This document shows, piece by piece, positions 27,203-37,093 of a DNA stretch of 64,000 nt. Every line of letters begins with the position of its first letter. The stretch's first letter is position 1. A model generated the notes under the pieces. The model saw only the letters and a list, made by a program, of their open reading frames with translations. It had not been told where the DNA came from and did not search any database. Made by a program: the position numbers and the translations under genes. Source of the stretch: a virus; IMG/VR virus record IMGVR_UViG_3300036772_000557, positions 26,449 through 90,448 of that record; one strand, given 5' to 3'.

Positions 27203-27880
27203 TTACTTCAGACGCCCAATCATCCGATGGCTGTGCCGCGCGCGCCGGCTCATGAGGCCATTTTCCTCGCGCTTGACGATCTGGGTCCATTGTCCGTCCG
27301 GCAGCTGGATCCCGAGATAGCCGCCGTGCAGCAATGTCGGGACATGGCCGGGCAGCTTACCCATGAAATCGAAGGTCGGGCCGCCCTTGCCGGTGAAATA
27401 GCCCGGCAGCACAAAGTCCGTTACCTTGACGCCCATCTTTTCGTAGGCGTATTGGTCGGACTCGACGGCATCGCAGACTTCCTGGAGGCAATGCAGCGGC
27501 GTGTATGGGATCGGGAAGATGGCATTGACCTGGGGGTCGCCGAGCATTTCGAGCAGTTCGTGCGTTGCATCGACGGTCCACGCCTCACCGCGCTCGATCG
27601 CGTCAGCGGCAAAGACCTTGCCTTGCACGAGGCTGCCGTCATCATCATGATATCCACCGGCATCGGGAATGTCGGTATGGTCTAGGATGAACAGCGGCCA
27701 CATGCCCATTGGAATTGAGGCATCTTTCCCGGCGAACTGCAGCGTTGTACCACGGCCCGGCCAATGCGGCAGCCAGTCCTCGGTCACTTGCGCCTGGAAT
27801 GCGGGGATCACCGACTCGATTTCGTGATCCTGCAGAACAGTGCTACGGTTGACGAGCACAATGTCAGCAATATGAATCAT
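27203..27880 (-). CDS. Putative zinc-metallopeptidase-like protein
   Basis: GYH...THELLEMLGDP...EVCDAVE...V.DFVLP.YF motif. Confidence 0.6.
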   Translation of the reverse strand: MIHIADIVLVNRSTVLQDHEIESVIPAFQAQVTEDWLPHWPGRGTTLQFAGKDASIPMGMWPLFILDHTDIPDAGGYHDDDGSLVQGKVFAADAIERGEAWTVDATHELLEMLGDPQVNAIFPIPYTPLHCLQEVCDAVESDQYAYEKMGVKVTDFVLPGYFTGKGGPTFDFMGKLPGHVPTLLHGGYLGIQLPDGQWTQIVKREENGLMSRRARHSHRMIGRLK

Positions 27881-27915
27881 GGACAATGCTTTCCTGCAAT
27901 GAGGAGATACCTGAA

Positions 27916-28104
27916 ATGACCGACTGGCATCCGATTGAGTTGGCGACCGGAGAGGTAAGGAAAAGCATTGATCGTGCCCAACCCCCGGTCGTAGGGACTC
28001 ATATCGGGCGATGCTGTACGCTTCCAGATGGGAGATGGTTGATTATTAAGTTCAACAACCCGAGCGGCGAGCCCGAGGCCTACTTCATTTTACCGCCACC
28101 GTGA
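27916..28104 (+). CDS. Small hypothetical protein
   Basis: GAGGAG RBS before MTDWHPIE; antisense. Confidence 0.5.
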   Translation: MTDWHPIELATGEVRKSIDRAQPPVVGTHIGRCCTLPDGRWLIIKFNNPSGEPEAYFILPPP

Positions 28105-29589
28105 TCAACCGGTCATATGCTGCTGCAATAACTCGCCGAGCGTGCCGCTGTAATCGGTCTCGCCGATGTGGCTCAGCGTTATCGACGGGTCGATCCACAC
28201 TCTGCCGCCGAGATCATTCCAGCGCTCGCAGAACGCGAAGTCCTCGCCGCCATCGTTCAGATCATCAGGGTCATTCAGAAACAACTTGTAATAATATTTT
28301 GTGATCTCGGGGTCGATCGAGGCCGGCAGTGGGCGCTTCCATTCCGGGTGCGCGCCGATCATCTTCTCGATTACATGACGCTGGATGACCATAAAGGCTG
28401 CGCCGGCTTTGGTGCCTTCGGTCGTGAAGTTCCCCAAGGCATCCCATTCCATCACCGCGTTGCGCGGCGCAAAAAAGCACCAGACGCCGGCATCGCTATT
28501 CGGCCGCGCATCTTTCTTTCGCCCGACAGCGGCAATGACATCGTGCTGAGCCATAATGAGACGCAGCGCCGATTGCGGAGCCCACCCCATATCGTCGTCG
28601 ATCAGCAGCGCATGGGTGAACTGGCCACCATCGGAGGTCTTGGCGGCCATGAACTGTGCTATCAGGAAGTTCCTCGCCTTCGGAATATTTGACATGCCGA
28701 TGACGCGGCGCCGATCCCACTCGACGCCGAGGCGCTCGAAGTCGCGTATCGTCGCGCCGTAGGAGTCGGCGTATTGCCAGACCGGCCGCCCGCCGTGCGG
28801 CGTCAGGATCATAGCCTTGCAGGTCTTGAGGTATTCGATCCTCGCGAGCTCTACGGAGTGATCGGGCGAGCCCCCGATCGCTGGAGCGGCTGGCGTCGCC
28901 TGGCGCAGCTTCCGAGCGGCCGCGACGGCGACGTGGCGTTCGTCTTCGAGCCATTCCCTGAAGACGCCCGCATCCGACGCCCACAGCCCGCCAGCGGGCT
29001 GGGTGGGGTAATTGACGCCGTACACCTTCTCGTGCGTCTCGTCGGCTGGCGCATCGCCCTTGAGCACGTGGCGGTGCCGGACCATGACGCCCATGTCCAT
29101 CGTCGAGCACTCGGCCTCGCGGCCGATGGTCTCCCATACGTCGTCGACGTAGAGGTGATGCAGCCCAGGCGGAAAGATGTAGCCGATCGCGCGCACAAGC
29201 GGGCCCGAGATGACCCAGCAATTCCCGATGCGATTCGGCGCCTGCCAGCCGTCGTTGCAAGCGACGAAGTTGGACCCGTCGAGCTGGGCGACCAGCCGCC
29301 TGTCCCAGGCCGGGGTCTCGGGAACGCAGTCGTCGCCGATCAGCCCGAGCCAGGCGCAGTCTACGACCTGCTCCCAGACCATGGTGATCTTTTCACCCTG
29401 GGTCTCGCCGTGCGTGTAATGGACGAACCAGCCGAGTGGCAGTTCGAGCGCGTCGTAGGCGGCGCAATTGTCGGCGTAATCCGCGACGTCGACTAGGAGC
29501 ATACCGGGCGTCGAGCCGCCTGTCGCGTTGTAGGTGGCGAAGAAACGCTGTAGGTTGGCGACGCGCCTACGTGAAGGCAGGAGCCACAT
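28105..29589 (-). CDS. Two-domain GT-A (GT2-like) glycosyltransferase
   Basis: Domain 1: LPSR...GDD..P.T..WD...HLYVDD.W...HRH. Domain 2: ARN.L...LLIDDDM.W...GAAFMVI.R...GEDFAFC.RW..LGG.VWIDP.I.L.HIG. Confidence 0.85.
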   Translation of the reverse strand: MWLLPSRRRVANLQRFFATYNATGGSTPGMLLVDVADYADNCAAYDALELPLGWFVHYTHGETQGEKITMVWEQVVDCAWLGLIGDDCVPETPAWDRRLVAQLDGSNFVACNDGWQAPNRIGNCWVISGPLVRAIGYIFPPGLHHLYVDDVWETIGREAECSTMDMGVMVRHRHVLKGDAPADETHEKVYGVNYPTQPAGGLWASDAGVFREWLEDERHVAVAAARKLRQATPAAPAIGGSPDHSVELARIEYLKTCKAMILTPHGGRPVWQYADSYGATIRDFERLGVEWDRRRVIGMSNIPKARNFLIAQFMAAKTSDGGQFTHALLIDDDMGWAPQSALRLIMAQHDVIAAVGRKKDARPNSDAGVWCFFAPRNAVMEWDALGNFTTEGTKAGAAFMVIQRHVIEKMIGAHPEWKRPLPASIDPEITKYYYKLFLNDPDDLNDGGEDFAFCERWNDLGGRVWIDPSITLSHIGETDYSGTLGELLQQHMTG

Positions 29590-29767
29590 TTTTTGCAAAC
29601 CACCGAATTTGTTTTGCGGGGCGGCAAGTCTATTCGATACGTCGCCGAGGCGATCAGGCATGAAATCGAGCGCCTTATGTCCATCGCGGACAATCCGGCC
29701 GATCAGAATGCTCAGGCGGACGCGCTAAACGACATTGGCCTCTACGAAGCCATTCTTGCCGAGATCG

Positions 29768-30043
29768 TTAAGGCCGGATGATCGCCTCATATTCGTTGAG
29801 CGCGTCGGCTACGGACGGGCAATACCGCGGCTTCGGGACGAAGACCTTCTTTACGATTGTCGGACCGGGAACAGGAACCTCCATCGGAACGTCGACATAC
29901 TCGATCCTGGCGTGATCAAAGCCGCGCTCAAACCCGGCCTTATAGCCGCCGATGGCAAATCCGATGGCCAGTACCATTGCAATCGCCGCCGTTATCATCG
30001 GATGCCATAGCTTTTGGGACTTATCTGTATCATAACCGGCCAT
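29768..30043 (-). CDS. Small single-TM membrane protein
   Basis: One hydrophobic helix; overlapping plus-strand ORFs make the call uncertain. Confidence 0.4.
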   Translation of the reverse strand: MAGYDTDKSQKLWHPMITAAIAMVLAIGFAIGGYKAGFERGFDHARIEYVDVPMEVPVPGPTIVKKVFVPKPRYCPSVADALNEYEAIIRP

Positions 30044-30308
30044 GATCATCTTTCCCGCTGATACAGCCAGATTAATAAGCCAATCAGAAATCGATAGGTT
30101 GCAAGCCGCGCTGCGCCGTCTTGAGCGATCGGTCAGCACACCGGCGTCTACGCCTGAGCTGCCTCAGCGCGTCATCCGACGTGCGATCGGCGGGATTTAT
30201 CCTTATCGCAAGCCCGACAGCGGTGTTGGAAAATGGTGGCGGCGGCGATGGTTACGGAAGGATCCCGCAAATTCAGGATGGCTCGCCAAAGAGAAGGAGT
30301 TGATCTGA
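30042..30308 (+). CDS. Small hypothetical protein
   Basis: 88-aa ORF directly upstream of 30313..30573. Confidence 0.35.
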   Translation: MIIFPADTARLISQSEIDRLQAALRRLERSVSTPASTPELPQRVIRRAIGGIYPYRKPDSGVGKWWRRRWLRKDPANSGWLAKEKELI

Positions 30309-30312
30309 CGAG

Positions 30313-30573
30313 ATGACCTGCGAAACGATCCGGCTGACCGGCGGCGGTAGCACGGAACTGGCTGATTCTGTTCCGAGCAAACGCGCCCTCGCAGCCGCAG
30401 AGGCCGTCCTGCAACACCGCCGCATCTGGCACGCCTTCCTTGGGGGCCTCGGGCTGCGCGATGCGGTCGCGATGTTGATCGACACAGAGCGCGAGTGCTG
30501 CGCGATCATCGCCGAACATTACCCCGAGGCTGGCGGCGCCGAAATCGCCGCGCGCATCAGGGCGATGCGATGA
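30313..30573 (+). CDS. Small hypothetical phage protein
   Basis: AAGGAG upstream; ERE.CA.IAE......IAARIRA motif common in phage small ORFs. Confidence 0.6.
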   Translation: MTCETIRLTGGGSTELADSVPSKRALAAAEAVLQHRRIWHAFLGGLGLRDAVAMLIDTERECCAIIAEHYPEAGGAEIAARIRAMR

Positions 30574-30600
30574 CAGACGATAGACCGCATCGCAAACGGT

Positions 30601-30789
30601 TTACAGCTGTTTGGGCCAGCAATCGAACACGACATTGCTGTCGGGCCACCGCCGAAAGATTGGATACCAGGACTTCAGATCAGCCCTGCACAGCGCCGCG
30701 GTTGGATATGCGTTTCCAATCTCCTGGACGGTGCCTTGGGAGAAGGCAACTATTGTCCAGAATAGGATTCCAGATGCCATGAGGCTCAT
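30601..30789 (-). CDS. Small hypothetical protein
   Basis: ATGA-coupled to the radical SAM stop; Y.T...C...C.P pattern. Confidence 0.5.
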   Translation of the reverse strand: MSLMASGILFWTIVAFSQGTVQEIGNAYPTAALCRADLKSWYPIFRRWPDSNVVFDCWPKQL

Positions 30790-32018
30790 GGCAAAAGTTC
30801 CCGCACCACTGTCCGAGCGTCCGCGAACGGCTCCACCTTGACGACGTGCGCCGCGCGGTACCGTAGTCGCTCGCGGTCGATCAGATCGCCCCGGAATGTG
30901 TCGTATGGCTCCAGCTCGCCGTCGCCGCGCCGTGAGAGGTAATTGCCGTCGACCCCATCGCAGACTGGCATCGCGCGGCAAGAGCCGCATTTCTTCGCCG
31001 TGAAGACCTTGCCGGCGCCGCGGGCCGCGATAATGTCCGGCCGTTTATCGGTTGGGTCGGGCATCGTCATGTTCACTTTGAGTGGATAATGCGTCTCGTG
31101 ATCCCGCAGCGGCAGCCGCCGGCCCATCACCTCGGGATCGGCCGCACCGGGCTTCGCCATGTGGTCGATCGCGTTCATCCACTCGTGCGGGTCGTGGCGC
31201 ACGCCGACGACGCCCACGAGGTTTCGCTCGAGCCCCCGCATCGTGCACAGCGGCGCGTAGCGGACGTTGACGGCGATGCCGGCGGCCTCGAGGATGTCGC
31301 GGGCTTCAATCAGATAGGGTCGCACCTCGCTGTAATGCGCTTGCACCTCTGTCGCCTTGCCGCCAGGTCGCGACCAGGCGTGGTAGGCGTTCATTATGAT
31401 AAAATTCGCGATGTAGACGCGGTGCGCGGCGATCTCGCGCGCGATCTGCGGCAGCAATCGAAAGTTCTCTTCGCACACCGTCGTGTTGGTGCCGTAGTCG
31501 AACCCGGCGTCGAGATCGGCCATCGCCGCCAGCAATTGCCGCCAAGAGCCGCCGGTGATCGATGAGAATCGCTCCTCGTCGACGGCATGAATCGACAGCA
31601 GGAAATCGGCCACGCCGGCGTCAAGTAGGCCAGCGAGCAGCGTCGGATACCCCGCCGCTGATTTCATCTTTCGCTTCAGGTATTGCCCGAGCGTGATGAT
31701 GCGCGGCGCGAGGCCGACCTTGCGGGCGTGCACGACGAGCTCAACGATCCCCGGGTGGAGACACGGCTCGCCGCCGGTGACGTCGAAGCCGAGGAAGCCG
31801 TTGGCGTTGAGGGACGAAGCGAGCCGCTTGATATGGTCGGTCGAGTGGAACTCGGCCGTGCGCATCCCGGCGAACTGATCAGCCTCATCATTCAACCAGG
31901 AGTAGTAGCACCACTGACAGCTATGGACGCACTTCAGGCCGACATCCACGACGCCCCACCGCGACAGGCGGCCGGGTTCGTGGAGATGGACTCCAACGAG
32001 AGCCTCTTTGGAATCCAT
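30786..32018 (-). CDS. Radical SAM enzyme with C-terminal Cys cluster (SPASM/twitch-like)
   Basis: CVHSCQWC (CxxxCxxC), TGGEP, PLC and C-terminal CGSC.....CDG. Confidence 0.9.
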   Translation of the reverse strand: MDSKEALVGVHLHEPGRLSRWGVVDVGLKCVHSCQWCYYSWLNDEADQFAGMRTAEFHSTDHIKRLASSLNANGFLGFDVTGGEPCLHPGIVELVVHARKVGLAPRIITLGQYLKRKMKSAAGYPTLLAGLLDAGVADFLLSIHAVDEERFSSITGGSWRQLLAAMADLDAGFDYGTNTTVCEENFRLLPQIAREIAAHRVYIANFIIMNAYHAWSRPGGKATEVQAHYSEVRPYLIEARDILEAAGIAVNVRYAPLCTMRGLERNLVGVVGVRHDPHEWMNAIDHMAKPGAADPEVMGRRLPLRDHETHYPLKVNMTMPDPTDKRPDIIAARGAGKVFTAKKCGSCRAMPVCDGVDGNYLSRRGDGELEPYDTFRGDLIDRERLRYRAAHVVKVEPFADARTVVRELLP

Positions 32019-32087
32019 TCGATCTCCCTTGGCAAGGAAAAGCCGGCGGAGCGATAGCCCCGCCGTAGTCGGCTGCTTGAATATACC

Positions 32088-32480
32088 TTACGGCAGAGTC
32101 AGAACTGCAAATTGGACGTTGGTCGAGGTCGGGTTCAAGTAGAGCCCAGCCGGGGAAGTGTTGTTCCAGCCGGCTGGCGTCGTCTGAAATGGCCCAAAGC
32201 AGGAAGTCTTCTGCGCAAGGATCGCATAGTTCGTGATGTCGCCGGTGCGGCCCTGAGCGTCCGCCACCGAGATGATCGACAAGGTGAAGGTAGTGGTGGC
32301 GTGCGCATTAAACGCGAGCACCACGGTCTTGCCGCTGACGATCGGGACAACGTTCTCGTTGCCGCTGTCGCCAGCGGTGAAAACGAGGTCAGCCGAAGTC
32401 GCAGTAATCGGCAGGGCCGGGAAATAGGAAGCGCCACTGGCGAGCGGCAGGACTTGGGGGGTCAAAGCAGTGCGAGCCAT
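32088..32480 (-). CDS. Small virion structural protein (tail/capsid decoration-like)
   Basis: GGAGG RBS; MARTALTPQ start; beta-rich; follows the tail tube. Confidence 0.6.
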   Translation of the reverse strand: MARTALTPQVLPLASGASYFPALPITATSADLVFTAGDSGNENVVPIVSGKTVVLAFNAHATTTFTLSIISVADAQGRTGDITNYAILAQKTSCFGPFQTTPAGWNNTSPAGLYLNPTSTNVQFAVLTLP

Positions 32481-32534
32481 GAAATAGCCTCCTCAGAAAA
32501 TAACGACAGTTGGAAATGGGCAGGTTGGTAGGGT

Positions 32535-33545
32535 TTAGGTGCTGCGCTCGATGATCACCATCGTTGCGGCATTCGGCCCGCCCGAGAGGTCGATACCGAC
32601 GCGGGCATCCGGAACCTGAACGTTCCTGGTCAAAGGGCCGCCATCACGCTTCATCTCGGATTTGGTCGCTTGGCCCAAGGTCAGGTTGGGGATCGTGAAC
32701 TTGAGGACTCCGGTTCCGGGCGACGGCTCCGTAACGGTGCAGCTCAGGGCCAGCGGCGTTTCGTTGATGAAATCGTTGAAGGCCACTAGGCTCGATTCCA
32801 TGATCGTGAAGCCCGGAACCGAGACCTTCATCACGCCGTCGAATACGTCCGGCGAGACCTTGGATCCAGCCACCGCAGGCGCTACAGCGCCGAGATCGAC
32901 GGTCATCTGGAAAGAGGTAATGTCGGCCTGCAAGACTGGCGTCCCGGGCAAGGGCCCGTTACCTAGGCTTATCGACATATCGATCGCCGCCAGCGGCGTG
33001 AAGCTGTTATTGGCATAGCTCGGGCTGCTGAAATTGAACGCCGCCCCGGTCGTGCTCGTCGCTACGCCGGTCCCCATCCACGACGGTGTCGTGATAAACA
33101 TGCCGTTCGGTTGGGCGTTAAACTCGAATTTCGTCCAGACGCAATCCTGGTAGACCTGGGAAATGCCGAGATCGAGCTCGACCTCTTCGATCGTGAAGTA
33201 CCGGCGCACCAGCGCGCCGGCTGGCGGGTTGGTCAGAATATGACCGCCCAGCGAGCCGCCGCCCGTCCAGGTGCCGCGCATGACCGCCTCGAATATGGAG
33301 TCGTAATTCCCCATATTCAGCTCACCTGGGTACTGGCCCGCAGTGGCGAATGTGCCGCCCCGACCGCGCAGCGACATGCCGTCCTGACGGACCAGGATCG
33401 AGTTGATAGGCGTCTGCGTGACGTTGCCCGTCCCGCCGGATAAAGTGATGAAATTCGCGCCGGCGCCGGTGGCAAGTGTCCCTAAGCCGGATTGGGCTTT
33501 GAAGGCTGCATAGGCGTTCCATTGCCGCTGAAGTGAAAGAGCCAT
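32535..33545 (-). CDS. Major tail tube protein
   Basis: Position after the terminator; G.L....YD..FEAVM.GTW...R.FTIE motif. Confidence 0.85.
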   Translation of the reverse strand: MALSLQRQWNAYAAFKAQSGLGTLATGAGANFITLSGGTGNVTQTPINSILVRQDGMSLRGRGGTFATAGQYPGELNMGNYDSIFEAVMRGTWTGGGSLGGHILTNPPAGALVRRYFTIEEVELDLGISQVYQDCVWTKFEFNAQPNGMFITTPSWMGTGVATSTTGAAFNFSSPSYANNSFTPLAAIDMSISLGNGPLPGTPVLQADITSFQMTVDLGAVAPAVAGSKVSPDVFDGVMKVSVPGFTIMESSLVAFNDFINETPLALSCTVTEPSPGTGVLKFTIPNLTLGQATKSEMKRDGGPLTRNVQVPDARVGIDLSGGPNAATMVIIERST

Positions 33546-33577
33546 AAGTATTCTCCGCCGTGATTATTCGTGTCGGT

Positions 33578-33604
33578 CAATAAAAAAGGCCCGCACAGGC
33601 CCTT
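33578..33604 (-). terminator. Terminator-like hairpin plus TTTTTTATTG upstream of the tail tube gene
   Basis: AGGGCC-tgtgc-GGGCCTTTTTTATTG on the minus strand. Confidence 0.55.
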
Positions 33605-34076
33605 AACTGCGATAAAAGAATTCATAGGGTACAGTGACGGTGCGGACGAAGCGGTTCGCCGCCTCGACTGCGGCGACATTGTCGTCGGTGCGTGCAGGAT
33701 ACGTCGTGAGCCGCTCCCACAAGCTCGTGTCGAGCATGATGGTCTTCTGGTTCAGCCCGGCCTCGATCGCGTCTACGTGCGCGTCCAGATCCACGGTGCC
33801 GATGCCTTGCGGGTAGATGCAGTGGATTTGGAGCAGTCCGTTGCGGCGCGCCTGGCGGTTGCCTTCGCCGCCGATCGCGGTGAGCGGGGTGCCGTGGATC
33901 ACCCTCGCGTAGATGCACGGCAGCGGCGATCCGTCAGGGTTTACGGGCAGGTTGCCGTTGGAGAAATCAAGGTTCAGACCGGGCGGCCACGGCTCGTTGG
34001 GCCAGCGGATCGGCCAGTCGGTGACGATGCCTTCGAGCGCGCTGCGCAGCTCCGACTCGATAATCGTGACGGTCAC
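33603..34076 (-). CDS. Tail terminator / tail completion protein
   Basis: I.WPN...IGG.G....R.NG.LQI...YP.G.G...V.VPY motif; position. Confidence 0.75.
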   Translation of the reverse strand: MTVTIIESELRSALEGIVTDWPIRWPNEPWPPGLNLDFSNGNLPVNPDGSPLPCIYARVIHGTPLTAIGGEGNRQARRNGLLQIHCIYPQGIGTVDLDAHVDAIEAGLNQKTIMLDTSLWERLTTYPARTDDNVAAVEAANRFVRTVTVPYEFFYRS

Positions 34077-34091
34077 TGCGATGCTCCATAA

Positions 34092-34361
34092 TCAGCGCCG
34101 GGTGCGCATCTCCGCGGCGATAGCTTCGAGTTTCGCGTTGGTTGTCGCCGCGGTACGATTGATCGCGCCGAGTGCGCCGGCCGTCGCGATGCGGGTCGTT
34201 TGAATCTCGTCGGCGATATTGCGCAGATGGCTCAGCTGTCGAGCGGCAGAGATCTCTTCGTGCATTTCTTCGAGGTGAGAGTTCAGAACGTAGATCAGGC
34301 CGGCAAAGCCGAAGCTGACGACAATCAACAATGCCACGTCCAGTGCAGCCGCTAGCGTCAT
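34092..34361 (-). CDS. Small membrane-anchored protein
   Basis: N-terminal TM, ATGA coupling. Confidence 0.55.
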   Translation of the reverse strand: MTLAAALDVALLIVVSFGFAGLIYVLNSHLEEMHEEISAARQLSHLRNIADEIQTTRIATAGALGAINRTAATTNAKLEAIAAEMRTRR

Positions 34362-34975
34362 CTCGATGCCCTCACTGAAATGCTCGGGAACGCATAGGTG
34401 GCTTTGACCGGCCACGGGATCGGCACGGGCACCTCCCCCTCACTGACATAGGAGAACGTGATCGCCGCGTCGGGGAAGCGCTCGCGCGCGGCCATGGCCG
34501 TCAATTCGTAGACGCCGTCTGGCGCCTGGACCGAAAGGCCATGCTCGATCTTGCGCGCATAGGGTCTGGCGTTGACGAAGACGCATTCCGCATTCGCGCG
34601 GATTTGCATCGCCTCGGCGGCTTCAGGCACGTCGACCCAAACGCCGTCGACGATCAGCCAGTGAACCTGGAAATAGTGAGGCTGACCGCGCTCGGGGCCG
34701 ATCGGCGAGTGCGTGACGAGCTCGTGCCAGATCCAATCGAGGATCGGGCCGAGGTCGAGAAAGATAAAGCGAATGTTGCCGAACGGCCGGACGCTATCGA
34801 GCGGCGCTCCAGGGCGCCCGTCGACCAGCGTTCTCGACGGCGGACCTTGCTTGGCCTGCAGCGCGGCGAGTTGTTGCCGCGCCAGGTTCGCTGTGAGGCG
34901 CGGGACGTCCTGCTCGCGCAGGCGTGTGACGAGCGCGGTGGCCTGCGCGGTGGTGATCGGGCGGCTTGCTCGCAT
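34358..34975 (-). CDS. Neck/tail-completion protein (HK97 gp10-like)
   Basis: SP.....Y...H...N.RPYARKIE.G.S.QAP.GVYE motif. Confidence 0.75.
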   Translation of the reverse strand: MRASRPITTAQATALVTRLREQDVPRLTANLARQQLAALQAKQGPPSRTLVDGRPGAPLDSVRPFGNIRFIFLDLGPILDWIWHELVTHSPIGPERGQPHYFQVHWLIVDGVWVDVPEAAEAMQIRANAECVFVNARPYARKIEHGLSVQAPDGVYELTAMAARERFPDAAITFSYVSEGEVPVPIPWPVKATYAFPSISVRASR

Positions 34976-35021
34976 CTGCAAACCCGCCCGGAATTATGCA
35001 AAGTCTATGCGCGATGGGGGG

Positions 35022-35051
35022 TAGGCCCGGTTAGGCCCGGTTAGGCCCGGT
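35022..35051. repeat. 10-bp tandem repeat (TAGGCCCGGT)x3, intergenic
   Basis: Seen directly in the sequence. Confidence 0.9.
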
Positions 35052-35063
35052 AAGTGCCGACGC

Positions 35064-35255
35064 TCACGATTTCGGCCCCGTGACAATCACCCCGCCGCTA
35101 ACGCGAGGATCAGGATAAGCAACCTCAAGAGCTTCGATCAGCCCATAGGCCGTGGCACAGCACGGACACCCTGGCGCGTTATTGTGGCCCCAGGCCTTCA
35201 TTTTGTCCCGGATTAACTTTATAACACGGGCCTTATCCATCGGTTCGGTCGGCAT
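35064..35255 (-). CDS. Small hypothetical protein
   Basis: 63 aa, GAGGGG upstream. Confidence 0.45.
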   Translation of the reverse strand: MPTEPMDKARVIKLIRDKMKAWGHNNAPGCPCCATAYGLIEALEVAYPDPRVSGGVIVTGPKS

Positions 35256-35274
35256 TATCTGTCGCGCCCCTCTC

Positions 35275-35649
35275 TTAGCCTCTGACCAAAAGATTGATCC
35301 TCACGACTTGCTCGCTGATTTTCAGCACATCCACGCCCTGCACATTCCGCTGAAACCCGGCGTAGCTGACCTTGTCGGTTGCGCGCGGTGCCGTGCCGAG
35401 GCGCTGTGCGAGAGAAGGGATCGAGTCGCCCTCGATGGCGATATTTGAATCGCCTTGCATAAGACTGCCGCCCGGGATGATTTCCTGTGGTCGGTAATTG
35501 CGCACGAAGCCGGGGCATGAAGCCGAGACGGTGGTCGGCGGCGTCGTCCTGACGTCGATGATCCGCGTAAAGGTGATTGTGGTTCCGTTGCCGCCGAGCC
35601 CGGGATCGATAAAGGCATTCGTGAGCTCGATCGCGTCGCTCGGATCCAT
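35275..35649 (-). CDS. Head-tail joining/closure protein
   Basis: VR.Y.P.E..GG..QGD...P...DKV...L.VRG motif; position. Confidence 0.75.
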   Translation of the reverse strand: MDPSDAIELTNAFIDPGLGGNGTTITFTRIIDVRTTPPTTVSASCPGFVRNYRPQEIIPGGSLMQGDSNIAIEGDSIPSLAQRLGTAPRATDKVSYAGFQRNVQGVDVLKISEQVVRINLLVRG

Positions 35650-35665
35650 GAGGCGCTACCTACGA

Positions 35666-36019
35666 TTATTGGGTCGCGACGATGCTAACCATTTGTGTAG
35701 TGTCGCCATCGGCTCCGAGACCCGGCCCATCCGGATTGACGATCACATTATTTCCGGAGAGCGCAAACGTCGAGGAATCGTCAGAAAATGGTGTCGTGAA
35801 GGCAATCGTTCCCGTGAACGGTGCCCCGTTCGACCAAGTCACATTGACTGCGCTGACCACCGTGCTTCCAGACGCATCAGACGAGAGCGACGGCGTCGGT
35901 GGATCGAAGGTTATGACCAGCTGGGGCACGTGATGCAGGATTACGTTCCCCATGACATTTATGGCCAGCATCATCGCCGTCGAAATGGCGAATAGGAACC
36001 AAAACAGCCGCTGATTCAC
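35666..36019 (-). CDS. Secreted single truncated cadherin-like domain protein (candidate pilin-like subunit)
   Basis: GTG start overlapping the upstream TGA; signal NQRLFWFLFAISTAMMLA; ends TTQMVSIVATQ. Confidence 0.7.
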   Translation of the reverse strand: MNQRLFWFLFAISTAMMLAINVMGNVILHHVPQLVITFDPPTPSLSSDASGSTVVSAVNVTWSNGAPFTGTIAFTTPFSDDSSTFALSGNNVIVNPDGPGLGADGDTTQMVSIVATQ

Positions 36020-37005
36020 TGCACGAACACGGTAAGGACACCGACAGCGCTCCCGGCGGCCCAATTGCCCCCGGTCGAGATAAGGCCCAGCCGATCCCCG
36101 GCCGCGAGCGATGTAGTCGTGACCGTTAACAGCTGTTCCGTCGCCGCGGTGCCGTTTGCGTCGAACGAGCCGGAATGAAGGACGGTGCCAGAACTGAGAG
36201 CCGTTCCGCTCGCGGCCTTGACGATAGAAATGGTGCCAGCGGCCCCTATGGGGACCTCGACAGTCCCGCGAATTGCCACGATCGTCATCGCCTGTCGTAT
36301 ATCCGCGAATGGCGTATTGCCTGGATCTAGCCCCGCCTGATAACTGATTGATAGGGGGATCGTTTGCTCAACCAAAGAGGGGCCGCCGATGGGCGTTCCG
36401 CCGAGGAGAATTCCGGAGATCGGCGCGACCCGGCGCCGTAGGTCGAGATCGCGTTGCGTTTCGGGCAGCAACATGGCCACAGAATACGTGCGCGACCCTA
36501 TGCCCGCAGCGCTCTCGCTCGACACGCCGATGCGCGTGCGCTGCCGATATTTCTGCGCGACCAACTCGATGCAGGCCTGCTCGATGTCGGCCGGGGCCGT
36601 GGTATAGCCAGCAGTGTACGAGAACGAGACGCAGAGCGGGAGGAGCGGGACGGAAACGCCGTAAAACACCAGCTTGTCGGCGAGCGCCGCATAGCCGACT
36701 GAAAACGCCGCGGTCATCGGCAAGGTGAGCGGTGGAATCGCCTGGCCCGCGACGCTGACCGCACTCACCGCAGAGACCGGCCGCGCCGCGAACACGTAGG
36801 TCGGGTTGCGGATGTAGAGCCCGACCCCATCGCGATATTCGGTGTAATTGGCGGCCAGGAAATTATCGCTGCAGTAATTGATTATCCACTGCGTCGCGCC
36901 GGTGATGAGCTTGTCGATCTCGGCAACGTCGAAGCTGTTGGCGTTCGCGCTCGTCTGCAGGTAGGCGATGACTGCGTCGGACGTCGTGAAGTCGCCAGCC
37001 GCCAT
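36016..37005 (-). CDS. Head-tail connector (gp6/gp15-like) with a fused C-terminal beta-sandwich domain
   Basis: LI..AT..I..YC...F...V.FSYTAGY...PADIEQAC.ELVA..Y..R.R.G..SES motif, plus about 125 extra aa. Confidence 0.85.
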   Translation of the reverse strand: MAAGDFTTSDAVIAYLQTSANANSFDVAEIDKLITGATQWIINYCSDNFLAANYTEYRDGVGLYIRNPTYVFAARPVSAVSAVSVAGQAIPPLTLPMTAAFSVGYAALADKLVFYGVSVPLLPLCVSFSYTAGYTTAPADIEQACIELVAQKYRQRTRIGVSSESAAGIGSRTYSVAMLLPETQRDLDLRRRVAPISGILLGGTPIGGPSLVEQTIPLSISYQAGLDPGNTPFADIRQAMTIVAIRGTVEVPIGAAGTISIVKAASGTALSSGTVLHSGSFDANGTAATEQLLTVTTTSLAAGDRLGLISTGGNWAAGSAVGVLTVFVQ

Positions 37006-37093
37006 GATCGCCTCTTAAAAATAACCGCCCCCTAGCTCTCCGCGTTGAGCTGGGGGCGGTTCTCGCCAGGTTATTCGCGGCCCGGCGAAACCT

